DNA of 48,029 nt from Candidatus Krumholzibacteriia bacterium. Its GTDB lineage: Bacteria; Krumholzibacteriota; Krumholzibacteriia; LZORAL124-64-63. Shown in pieces: positions 36,039-44,169 of the stretch. Each line of letters opens with the position of its first letter. Position 1 is the first letter of the stretch. The translations under genes and the position numbers were made by a program. The stretch spans positions 1 to 48,029 of the forward strand of contig JAZBOO010000293.1 in the NCBI GenBank assembly GCA_036351155.1, written 5' to 3'. The notes beneath the pieces are model-generated. The model was not told the origin of the DNA. It did not search any database and saw nothing but the letters and a program-made list of their open reading frames with translations.

Positions 36039-38810
36039 TCAATCCTGCAAGGCGTCGAGGCGCTCGCGCAACTTGACGGCCTTGTCCTCGTTTTCTGCCA
36101 GCAGGTCCTTCTGTTGCTGGACCACCTGCTCGGGTGCATTGTCCACGAACTTGGCATTCCCCAGCTTGGCCCGGCAGCCCTTCATCCAGCCTTCGATCTT
36201 GCCCAGTTCCTTTTCCAGTCGCGCCCGTTCCTTGTCCAGATCAACCAGCCCCTTCATGGGCAGAAAAATCTCGATGTTTCCGGCCAGACCCGCTCCGGCG
36301 GGCGAGGGATCTGCACCCCCCACCACCACCTGGACCTCCTCCATCTTGGCCAGCAACGCCACCAGACCAATGCAGGGGGTCAACTGATCCAGACGGGCCT
36401 GATCCGGGACGCGCAGAATGGCCGTCCCCCGCTTGCCGGGGGGCACGGCCAGCTCGTTGCGCACGTTGCGCACCACTCCGACGATCTCTTTCACCTCTTC
36501 GAACAGGCGATGGTCGTTCGTGAACGGGGCCGGACCCGAGCTGGTGGGATAGGAAGAGGTCATGAGGTAGCCCGACGTGCAGGGCAGCCAGTTCCACAGT
36601 TCCTCGGTGATGAACGGCATGACCGGATGCAGTAGCTTGTAGCTGATCCCCAGGTTCAGGACAGCCACCGCCAGGGCCACGCCCTGGGTCTGCTCATCAC
36701 GCAGGCGGGGCTTGATGGCCTCGAGGTACCAGTCGCAAAACTCGTGGCGGAAAAAGTTGAAGACATCGTAGGCCGCATCGTTCAGCCGTCGCTTGTCCAT
36801 GTTCTGCCCCACATCGCTCACCACCTGGGACAGGCGGCTCAGGATCCAGCGGTCCTCCAGACCCAGATCCGCATCGGTCACCTGGACCGGCAGTTTCCCG
36901 CCGAACACCCCTTGCCACAGATCCGTCAGGGACGCAGCCGGGGCCGTTTCCCACCGGTCCGTACCGGCCACGGTCGCCAGATCCAGGGTCCGGGGCGCGG
37001 TTGCTTCGCCCACGACCTGAGGCAATCCGGCCTCGTCCCAGATTCCCAGCACCAGCTTGGAGGCCTGGAAGATCTTGTTGCAGAAGTTGCGGCCCACCTC
37101 CAGGGTGGCCTCGCTGAAGAAGATGTCCTGCCCGGTGGGCGTGAGCATGATCAGGCTGCAGCGAAGGGCATCGGCCCCGTACTCGTCGATCAGGTCGATG
37201 GGGTCCGGGCTGTTGCCCAGACTCTTGCTCATCTTGCGCCCATCCTCGTCCCGCACGATGCCGGTGAACAGAACCTCCTGGAACGGTTTCTCGCCCAGGA
37301 AGTGGTAGCTGGCCATGACCATGCGCGCCACCCAGAAGAAGATGATATCCGCCGCCGTCACCATGACCGTGGTGGGATGATAGGTGGCCAGATCCGGCGT
37401 CTTGTCGGGCCAGCCCAGGGGCGAGAAGGTCCACAGCCAGCTGCTGAACCAGGTGTCCAGCACGTCATCATCCTGGACCAGCTGCGCAGACCCACAGGCG
37501 GGGCACCTGGTGGGGGTTTCGGCCGCCGCGATTTCCGCGGGACAGTCCTGGCAATACCACACGGGGATACGATGCCCCCACCACAGCTGCCGCGAGATGC
37601 ACCAGTCCCGGATGTTGCTCATCCAGTTGTGGTACACGCCCACCCAGCGGTCGGGAAACAGGGTGATGTCCCCGCTGTTCACCGCCTCGACGGCCGGGGC
37701 GGCCAGCTCGTCCATTTTCAGAAACCACTGCTTGGACAGGTAGGGCTCGATGACGTGGCCACAGCGGTCGTGATGGCCCACCTGGTGCATGTGCTTCTCG
37801 ACCTTGGCCAGCAATCCGGCCTGGTCCATGGCCTCCACGGTGGCCTTGCGGCAGGCGGCGGTGTCCAGTCCGCAAAACTGTCCGGCCGCCTCGTTCATCA
37901 CCGCCGCCGGGGTCATGCAGATCACCTGGTCCAGTCCGTGCCGCCGGCCCACCTCGAAGTCGTTGGGGTCGTGAGCGGGGGTGATCTTGACGAACCCGGT
38001 GCCCTTCTCGGGGTCGGCATGGTGGTCGCCGATGATGGGGATGACCCGGTCGGTCAGCGGCAACTTCACCAGCTGACCGATGAGGTGCTTGCGCTCGGGG
38101 TCCTCCGGATGGACCGCCACAGCCACATCGCCAAACATGGTCTCCGGCCGGGTGGTGGCCACGGTCACATGGCCCTCCCCTTCGGCCAGGGGATAGCGCA
38201 GGTGCCAGAGGTGCCCCTCCACTTCCTTGTGTTCCACCTCGTCGTCGCTGATGGCCGTCAGGTCATGGGGGCACCAGTTCACCAGGTAGACATCGCGGTA
38301 AATCAGGCCCGCATCCTTGAGGCGCACAAAAGCCTCGACCACGGCCCGATTGCGCTGTTCATCCATGGTGAAAGCCTCGCGGGACCAGTCCAGGGAACAG
38401 CCGAGGCGGCGTATCTGCTGGGTGATGCGGCCATGGGTTTCCTCTTTCCACTCCCAGGCCTTCTCCAGAAAGACCTCCCGGCCCGCCTCTCGCTTGGGAG
38501 TCCCGGCGGCGGCCATTTGCCGGCTGACCACCTGCTCGGTGGCAATGCTGGCGTGGTCGGTGCCCGGCACCCACAGGGTGGGATGGCCTTTCATGCGGGC
38601 CCAGCGGATCAGGGTATCCTGGATGGAATTCCCCAGACAGTGCCCCATGTGCAGGATTCCCGTGACATTGGGGGGCGGCAGGGTGATCACGAAGGGATCG
38701 GCTTTCAGGGATTCATCAGGAGAGAACAGCCCCGCCTTTTCCCAGGCCCCATACCATTTTTCCTCGATTCCCGAGGGGGAATACTGGGCAAGCTGTCGAA
38801 TATCGTTCAA
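36039..38810 (-). CDS. valS: Valine--tRNA ligase
   Basis: PPPNVTGILHMGH, PGTDHASIATE, ATTRPET, KITPAHDPNDF, DWCISRQLWWGHRIP, DVLDTWFSS, KMSKSLGN, C-terminal coiled coil. Start is probably TTG 38810 (GGAG RBS); the ORF track gives 38840. Confidence 0.97.
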   Translation of the reverse strand: MNDIRQLAQYSPSGIEEKWYGAWEKAGLFSPDESLKADPFVITLPPPNVTGILHMGHCLGNSIQDTLIRWARMKGHPTLWVPGTDHASIATEQVVSRQMAAAGTPKREAGREVFLEKAWEWKEETHGRITQQIRRLGCSLDWSREAFTMDEQRNRAVVEAFVRLKDAGLIYRDVYLVNWCPHDLTAISDDEVEHKEVEGHLWHLRYPLAEGEGHVTVATTRPETMFGDVAVAVHPEDPERKHLIGQLVKLPLTDRVIPIIGDHHADPEKGTGFVKITPAHDPNDFEVGRRHGLDQVICMTPAAVMNEAAGQFCGLDTAACRKATVEAMDQAGLLAKVEKHMHQVGHHDRCGHVIEPYLSKQWFLKMDELAAPAVEAVNSGDITLFPDRWVGVYHNWMSNIRDWCISRQLWWGHRIPVWYCQDCPAEIAAAETPTRCPACGSAQLVQDDDVLDTWFSSWLWTFSPLGWPDKTPDLATYHPTTVMVTAADIIFFWVARMVMASYHFLGEKPFQEVLFTGIVRDEDGRKMSKSLGNSPDPIDLIDEYGADALRCSLIMLTPTGQDIFFSEATLEVGRNFCNKIFQASKLVLGIWDEAGLPQVVGEATAPRTLDLATVAGTDRWETAPAASLTDLWQGVFGGKLPVQVTDADLGLEDRWILSRLSQVVSDVGQNMDKRRLNDAAYDVFNFFRHEFCDWYLEAIKPRLRDEQTQGVALAVAVLNLGISYKLLHPVMPFITEELWNWLPCTSGYLMTSSYPTSSGPAPFTNDHRLFEEVKEIVGVVRNVRNELAVPPGKRGTAILRVPDQARLDQLTPCIGLVALLAKMEEVQVVVGGADPSPAGAGLAGNIEIFLPMKGLVDLDKERARLEKELGKIEGWMKGCRAKLGNAKFVDNAPEQVVQQQKDLLAENEDKAVKLRERLDALQD

Positions 38811-39016
38811 TGTCTTCTCCTGTCCCGGTCCAAACCCCACGGCCGCCTGGCCTTCACCTGATCGTCAGGGCTGGCAATTTAACATCTGGCCAGGGGCTGG
38901 GCAATGCCTTTGCCGCCCGGAAATGCCCAGAAAACCTAGCTTTTCGGGAAAAACGGCCTTCACGTACAGAAACCCCACATGGGCGGGTGATAATTTCGTG
39001 AGAATGGTGAATCTAT

Positions 39017-39044
39017 TTGCCAAAATAAGTGTTTCCCCTACAAT
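39017..39044 (+). promoter_or_regulatory. Putative sigma70-type promoter for the 39188 gene
   Basis: TTGCCA-N16-TACAAT in the AT-rich intergenic region. Confidence 0.45.
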
Positions 39045-39187
39045 TCATATGGATTTTCCACGGGGATTTATTTGTATTTCCAGAAAAAAAAGCTTTTCAG
39101 ACGGTGCCATTTCCGGTAATATCTTCAATGGAGACCAAAAACAGCCCTCGCTCACACACATGAAACCACTTCTTTTGGGGGACCATC

Positions 39188-39781
39188 ATGAAGAAAATTG
39201 CTCTTGTCCTTATGATTACCGCTGTCCTGACTGGGAACGCGTTTGCCCAGCTGGACCCCGATGACGACGGCATCGGTGTGTACTTCGATCCCTGTGCCTG
39301 TGTCAATTGCCTGACCCTGGATGCCGGTGAGCACCTGGGTGATATCGTGATCACCCACCCCACCAGCCCCATGGGCATCCTGGGCTGGGAATGCAAGATG
39401 TGGGCTGAAGGTCCTGCCTTCATCACCTCGGTTGAACTGCTGGGCAATGCCATCGACGTGGGCACCCGGGAAAACGAGTACATCGTGGGTCTGGCCGATC
39501 CTCTGTACAACCCGTACAGCTTCCCCGCCATCGTGGTGGCCATGGTGAACGTGTTCATCACGGACACGTCCGAGCCCATCAACTTCTACATTGATGGTGT
39601 CTACTTCCCCAGCCACGAAAGCGGCCAGCCTGCTTATCTGGACGGCAGCGACAACACCATCATCAAGCCTCTGCAGCAGAGCACCGGCGGCCCGGACTTT
39701 CCCGTGGCCACCATCAACGGTGAGTGCGCTGTGGCGACTGAGTCGACGACCATTGACGGTATCAAGGCTCTGTACCGGTAG
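39188..39781 (+). CDS. Secreted hypothetical protein with C-terminal VATESTTIDGIKALYR tail
   Basis: Signal peptide MKKIALVL...AFA-Q; strongly biased codon usage; GGGGA RBS; own terminator. Confidence 0.85.
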   Translation: MKKIALVLMITAVLTGNAFAQLDPDDDGIGVYFDPCACVNCLTLDAGEHLGDIVITHPTSPMGILGWECKMWAEGPAFITSVELLGNAIDVGTRENEYIVGLADPLYNPYSFPAIVVAMVNVFITDTSEPINFYIDGVYFPSHESGQPAYLDGSDNTIIKPLQQSTGGPDFPVATINGECAVATESTTIDGIKALYR

Positions 39782-39794
39782 ATTTTGGTCCCTC

Positions 39795-39840
39795 AAAAAC
39801 CGGCCGGTCCCTTCGGGGATGCGGCCGGTTTTTTTATTTT
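39795..39840 (+). terminator. Rho-independent terminator
   Basis: AAAAACCGGCCG-gtccc-TTCG-gggat-g-CGGCCGGTTTTTTT: GC-rich hairpin followed by a U tract, just after the 39781 stop. Confidence 0.9.
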
Positions 39841-40131
39841 CATCAGGTAGGTGTTCCCCGCCCTCCTGCCCTGTGCTAGTATTTTGCCAGCCTGACAGAA
39901 CACCAGGATTCCCAGGTCCCATCACAGCAACAGCCCGGATTATTCCTGAGGGAATGTGACGAGGATGAGGAAAAACCGCTTCAGAAAAGGGGCTCACAAG
40001 GAATTGCGAGGAAGGCGTGCCCGATGCGGTACGTCGATGGAGCAAATCCGAGAACGCCTTTTCTGGAGTGGTTTTAACCATCCGCAGTAGCTCCCTCATG
40101 AATTATCCGGGCTAGCACCCGGGGAGGCCCC

Positions 40132-42681
40132 ATGACTCGCTCCTCCACCCCCAGCTCCGGAGAATCCTCCCTCTTCGTCCGCAGTTCCCGCTGGTTCAGC
40201 CTCTTCGTCCTGGCACCCCTCATGCTCATCCTGAGCTTGCCCGGTGCCATCCATATTGCCCAGAAGCCCGACCTGGGTTTCGATGTGCATCAGCTCAAGG
40301 TCGTGTCCCTGGATCCACGCGGGCCCGCCGCACGCGCCGGCATGCGCCTGGAAGACCAGGTCATCCAGGCCAACGGCATCCCCGTCCACAGCTGGGCCAG
40401 CTGGTATGCCGCCACCGCGGGTCGATTCGATCTTCAACCGCAGACCGTCACCGTCAGGCGTCAGGGACAAGTTCACCAGCTGGAGATCACTCCCGTGCGC
40501 CCCGGCCAGGGCAGCCTGATCCGCGACTACAGCCTCTGGGTGGTGGGGCTCACTTTTCTCCTGATCGGCTCGTGGGTTTTCCTGCGGCGCCGCGATGCGG
40601 TGGCCCGGAATTTCTTCGGTCTTTGTTTTGTCTTCGCCTTTTTTCTGATCGATATTCCGGATCTGCCTCAGGTCCGATACATGGTTTTCAAGGAGCATCT
40701 GCGCGATCTGCTCCAGTTGCTTTTGCCCGCCTATTTCTTGCGCTTTTTTCTGCTCTTCCCCAGTGCCGGACGCACCACGGAGTGGTCACCAAGGCATTTT
40801 CGCCTGCTGCTGGTCCCCGGGGTCGCCCTTTTTCTGATTTCCCTGACGGTGGCGGCGTTCCACCCTTCGCCCACCGGCAGTACCGCCCTGCGGGTTCTTG
40901 AAGCCATTTCGCTGATTTACATCGTGGGATACTTTCTGGCCAGCCTGGTGATCTTCGCACGCCGCGCCATGAGACGGGACCGCCCCATTCAGCGGACCAA
41001 GATGGTGGTCATCCTCCTGGGCCTCGTGGCCGGCCTGGGCCCATTTCTGCTGGCCACCATTCTCGGGAGCATCCAGCCCGGATCCGGAACCCCACACCTG
41101 CAGTATCTGGCTTTCAGTCTCATGCTGGTGCCGGCCAGTTTCGCCCTGGCCATCATGCGATACGGCGCCCTGGACAAGGCCTTCGTTTTCCGCATTGGAC
41201 TGGTTTACGGGCTGCTCACCCTTTTCGTGCTGCTGGTGTACTTCCTGGTGGTAGTGGGGCTTGGCTACTTCCTGGGACGGGTTTTCCAGGTCAACTCCTA
41301 CCCTGTTCTGGTGCTCATCATGGCCGCCTCCGGACTGGCCATTCTCCCCATGCGTCGCGTCATTCAGGAGTTCATCGACCAGTCCTTCTACCCTTCTCGT
41401 CGGGCCCCCCGCCAGGCCATGAGCGACCTGGCGGACCACTTGACCGGTCTGATCGACACCGGTGAGGTGACGGCCACCCTGGTGGATCGGCTCGATCATC
41501 TTTTCCGTCCCACCAGCCTCGGTCTGTACCTGAATGGTCCGGCCGGAGAAAAGGTTCTCGTCCCCCGGCGATTTCGCGGTTTGCCCGGCGAGCCCCCCCC
41601 TCCCTTGCCCGAAAGTTCAGCCCTGGCGCGCTGGCTGAACCGTGAACGGAGGCCGGTGTTCACCGAAGAACTGGAAGATACACTTCTGGTGGGGGAATCG
41701 GATCCCGACAGCCTGAGGGTGCTCACGCGCACCCGGGCCTCGCTTCTGGTGCCCATGGTCTCGGGGAATCGTCTGCAAGGGATCATGGTCTTCGGTCCCA
41801 AGAACAGCGGGGACCTCTACAGCCAGGAAGATCTGGCCCATCTGCGCAGCCTGGCCATGCAAGCGGCTTCGGTGGTGGAAAGCCGGCGTCTCTATCAGGA
41901 GAGCCTGGAACGCAAGCGACTGGAAACGGAGCTCGGCCTGGCCCGGGACCTGCAGCGCAAGCTCTTGCCCGAAGGCAGTCTCAACGACCCCTGCTTCGTC
42001 ATCACCGGCCGCAACGAACCGTGCCGCATGGTGGGCGGCGATTACTTCGACTACTTCCAGCGGCCCGACGGCACCCTGGGACTGGCCATCGCCGATGTCG
42101 CGGGCAAGGGCATTCCCGCCGCCCTGCAGATGACCTCGCTGCAGTTTGCTTTTCGGCAGATCGCCGGCGAGGCTCAGACCGCTGCGGCGGTCATGCGTAA
42201 GCTGAACGCAGCCGTCACCTCGCTGGTTTCCGGCGGGGGTTTCGTCTGCTTCTTCTTCGGGATCTGGGACCCTGTCACCGGGGTGATGAGCTTCTGCAAT
42301 GGGGGAATGGAACCCCCTGTTCTGTTCCGGCCTGGCCTTCAGTTTCGGCAGGAATTGCGGAAGGGCGGACCGGTGCTGGGCGTGGCTCCGGACTACCCGT
42401 ACGCCGAGGGAACGGTCCTGCTCCAGCCCGGCGATCGCCTGTTTCTCTACACAGATGGACTGACGGATGAGCTCAATACGGCCCAGGAATTTTTTGACGC
42501 CGATCGGCTCCTGTCCCTCGTCCAGGACAACCTCGAGGCCAGTCCCGAGCACCTGGTTGGCACGGTTTTTTCCACCGTCAACGATTTCGGCGGGGATCAG
42601 AAAGAGGATGATAAAACCGCTATACTACTGGAAATAAAGAAATTAAAAGAAAAACCCGCACTCCGGTCCTCTTCTTGCTGA
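40132..42681 (+). CDS. Membrane-bound PP2C/SpoIIE (RsbU-like) Ser/Thr phosphatase with PDZ, multi-TM and GAF input domains
   Basis: TM, PDZ (GPAARAGMRLEDQVIQANG), about 8 TMs, GAF (LLVPM...GDLYSQEDL), coiled coil and PP2C motifs VGGDYFDY, IADVAGKGIPAA, LYTDGLTD, EDDKT. Confidence 0.9.
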   Translation: MTRSSTPSSGESSLFVRSSRWFSLFVLAPLMLILSLPGAIHIAQKPDLGFDVHQLKVVSLDPRGPAARAGMRLEDQVIQANGIPVHSWASWYAATAGRFDLQPQTVTVRRQGQVHQLEITPVRPGQGSLIRDYSLWVVGLTFLLIGSWVFLRRRDAVARNFFGLCFVFAFFLIDIPDLPQVRYMVFKEHLRDLLQLLLPAYFLRFFLLFPSAGRTTEWSPRHFRLLLVPGVALFLISLTVAAFHPSPTGSTALRVLEAISLIYIVGYFLASLVIFARRAMRRDRPIQRTKMVVILLGLVAGLGPFLLATILGSIQPGSGTPHLQYLAFSLMLVPASFALAIMRYGALDKAFVFRIGLVYGLLTLFVLLVYFLVVVGLGYFLGRVFQVNSYPVLVLIMAASGLAILPMRRVIQEFIDQSFYPSRRAPRQAMSDLADHLTGLIDTGEVTATLVDRLDHLFRPTSLGLYLNGPAGEKVLVPRRFRGLPGEPPPPLPESSALARWLNRERRPVFTEELEDTLLVGESDPDSLRVLTRTRASLLVPMVSGNRLQGIMVFGPKNSGDLYSQEDLAHLRSLAMQAASVVESRRLYQESLERKRLETELGLARDLQRKLLPEGSLNDPCFVITGRNEPCRMVGGDYFDYFQRPDGTLGLAIADVAGKGIPAALQMTSLQFAFRQIAGEAQTAAAVMRKLNAAVTSLVSGGGFVCFFFGIWDPVTGVMSFCNGGMEPPVLFRPGLQFRQELRKGGPVLGVAPDYPYAEGTVLLQPGDRLFLYTDGLTDELNTAQEFFDADRLLSLVQDNLEASPEHLVGTVFSTVNDFGGDQKEDDKTAILLEIKKLKEKPALRSSSC

Positions 42682-42731
42682 TGACCTGTGGGTGGGCCCC
42701 CCGGGGACTCACCCACGGCAGGCACAAAAGC

Positions 42732-42759
42732 TAAAGTCACCCTGGAATTCTGCCGATAT
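42732..42759 (+). promoter_or_regulatory. Putative sigma-28-type promoter
   Basis: cTAAAg...GCCGATAT (TAAA-N16-GCCGATAT); near-perfect -10 box and the same CTAAAG -35 as upstream of cheA. Confidence 0.6.
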
Positions 42760-42812
42760 CTGACCTGTCCACCCCGAGATTCACTTTTCGCCGCAGGAAA
42801 GGAGGGGCCGAC

Positions 42813-42881
42813 ATGGGAGGCGAGTTCTATCTGGTACTTGGTCTTTCACTCATCGACCTCTTTTGGTGGTTGAAGAAATGA
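42813..42881 (+). CDS. Putative 22-aa small hydrophobic membrane peptide (MGGEFYLVLGLSLIDLFWWLKK)
   Basis: Below the ORF-track cutoff; perfect AAAGGAGG Shine-Dalgarno at 42798-42805, 7 nt before the ATG; promoter upstream and 13-bp hairpin downstream. Confidence 0.6.
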   Translation: MGGEFYLVLGLSLIDLFWWLKK

Positions 42882-42892
42882 TCGAAATCATC

Positions 42893-42930
42893 TGACCCCT
42901 GACTGCCGGATACGCCACAGTCAGGGGTCA
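42893..42930. terminator. Perfect 13-bp hairpin between convergent genes (probable terminator or 3' stabiliser)
   Basis: TGACCCCTGACTG-N12-CAGTCAGGGGTCA between the small ORF (+) and crcB (-); the U tract is weak. Confidence 0.6.
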
Positions 42931-42953
42931 ACTTCTGTCCACCAGTAGAGATC

Positions 42954-43340
42954 TCACACCGCAGGAAAAACCGACCGCGCCACCACCCAACCAACCCAGA
43001 CCGCACCACAGCCCAGCAGCAGATTGGCCGCCACGTTCAACAGGGCCAGGTTTCCCGCCCCATCCTGCATGTAACGCATGGTTTCATAGCCGAAGGTGGA
43101 AAAGGTGGTGAAGGCCCCCAGAAAGCCCACAGCAAGCAACATGCGCAAGGGGTGGGTCACCAGGTCTGTTTGCCGTTCGATTTCCAGCAGAAAACCCAGC
43201 AAAAGACAACCCAGCACGTTGACCAGAAGAGTGCCGAAAGCGAAGTGGTTACCCAGGGTGCGCTGCGCCCACAGGGCCACGCCATACCGCGACATGGCCC
43301 CCGCGGCGCCAGCCACACCGACCAGGAAGTAGGAGGTCAA
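42954..43340 (-). CDS. crcB: Fluoride efflux channel Fluc/CrcB
   Basis: GAAGAMSRY, FGTLLVNVLGC, GFLGAFTTFSTFGYE; TTG start overlapping the upstream stop. Confidence 0.95.
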   Translation of the reverse strand: MTSYFLVGVAGAAGAMSRYGVALWAQRTLGNHFAFGTLLVNVLGCLLLGFLLEIERQTDLVTHPLRMLLAVGFLGAFTTFSTFGYETMRYMQDGAGNLALLNVAANLLLGCGAVWVGWVVARSVFPAV

Positions 43341-43936
43341 CCCTGAACTCCGATCACCTGACGCACGGCTTCCTCGTAGGCGGCCTTGGGCATGGCGCCG
43401 GTCCAGATCTGACGGATCACGCCCTCGCGGTCCACCAGGAAAGTCGTGGGAATACTCTGCACCCCACCGAAGTCACGCATCACCTGATACTGCGGCGCAT
43501 CGGCCATCACAAAAGTGAAATCCAGGTTGTTCTCTTCCACGTACGACTTCACCTTGGCCTCGCCATCGCGCCCCATGGCCACACCCACGACCACCAGATC
43601 GGCGGCATAGGCTTCACTCAGTTCCTGCAGATGAGGCAGGGCCCGCCGGCAGGGAGGACACCAGGTGTCCCAGAAGTCGATCAACACGGCCTTGCCCTTC
43701 AAGCTGGCCAGTTCCACCGTCCCGCCATGAATGTTCTTCAGATTGAAGTTGGGCGCCAGATTGCCCTTCAGTGGTCCAACAACCAGGTCGCCCTGAACCG
43801 CGCCGCCCTGCTCGGAGGTCTGGGCAGCCGCCTGGGTGTTCTCGGCGGTTTCGGTGTCGTTGCTGCAGCCGGACATCAGCAGGCCAACGCTCAGGATCAG
43901 GGTCAAGGTCAGCAAGAAAGTGGTCTTGTTATTCAC
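43337..43936 (-). CDS. TlpA/ResA-family thiol-disulfide reductase lipoprotein
   Basis: Lipobox MSG-C; APNFNL, LKGKAVLIDFWDTWCPPC, IPTTFLVDREGVI. Confidence 0.9.
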   Translation of the reverse strand: MNNKTTFLLTLTLILSVGLLMSGCSNDTETAENTQAAAQTSEQGGAVQGDLVVGPLKGNLAPNFNLKNIHGGTVELASLKGKAVLIDFWDTWCPPCRRALPHLQELSEAYAADLVVVGVAMGRDGEAKVKSYVEENNLDFTFVMADAPQYQVMRDFGGVQSIPTTFLVDREGVIRQIWTGAMPKAAYEEAVRQVIGVQG

Positions 43937-44169
43937 GAGGTATCCTCTTCGGTGTGGAGTGGGTGTGACTAATTTTCCCCAAATAACGCAAAAGTTGCAT
44001 TTTTTTGCAACTATCTGGCCAAAAACTCCGAAAAAACCTCCTGTCCGGGGAACAGGGCCTTGTTTTCAACCTATAACTTCGTATAGTAGTTTCAAAATCC
44101 CCCGGCTGGTGGCAGCAGCCATACAGGCCGGTGTTTTTTGTCCACCACTGACCCGACGAGGATGGCAAC

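Noticed and set aside
38840..39180. AT-rich leader upstream of valS considered as a T-box riboswitch
   Set aside because: No T-box consensus (AAxxxGGGTGGxACCxCG) or terminator/antiterminator is visible; it looks like a divergent promoter region.
39152..40099. 315-aa minus-strand ORF
   Set aside because: Overlaps the signal-peptide gene 39188-39781 antisense and runs through its terminator; no motifs.
39840..40130. Intergenic stretch considered as an ncRNA or riboswitch
   Set aside because: No recognisable Rfam-like motif or convincing stem set by eye; an Infernal scan would be needed.
42600..42690. AACCGC...GCTGATGAC resembling the 3' part of a fluoride riboswitch near crcB
   Set aside because: It lies in the phosphatase CDS end, on the wrong strand and downstream of crcB, and the 5' GGxGATGG pseudoknot stem is missing.
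42813..42881. Small peptide as a ComX-like prenylated pheromone (Trp near the C-terminus, next to a ComP-like sensor)
   Set aside because: Much shorter than ComX precursors and no ComQ-like isoprenyl transferase in the window; kept only as a generic small-protein finding.
44073..44085. Exact loxP arm ATAACTTCGTATA
   Set aside because: Only one 13-bp arm. The inverted arm expected after an 8-nt spacer is absent, and no recombinase or vector sequence is nearby. It overlaps a plausible -10 box and is probably coincidental.
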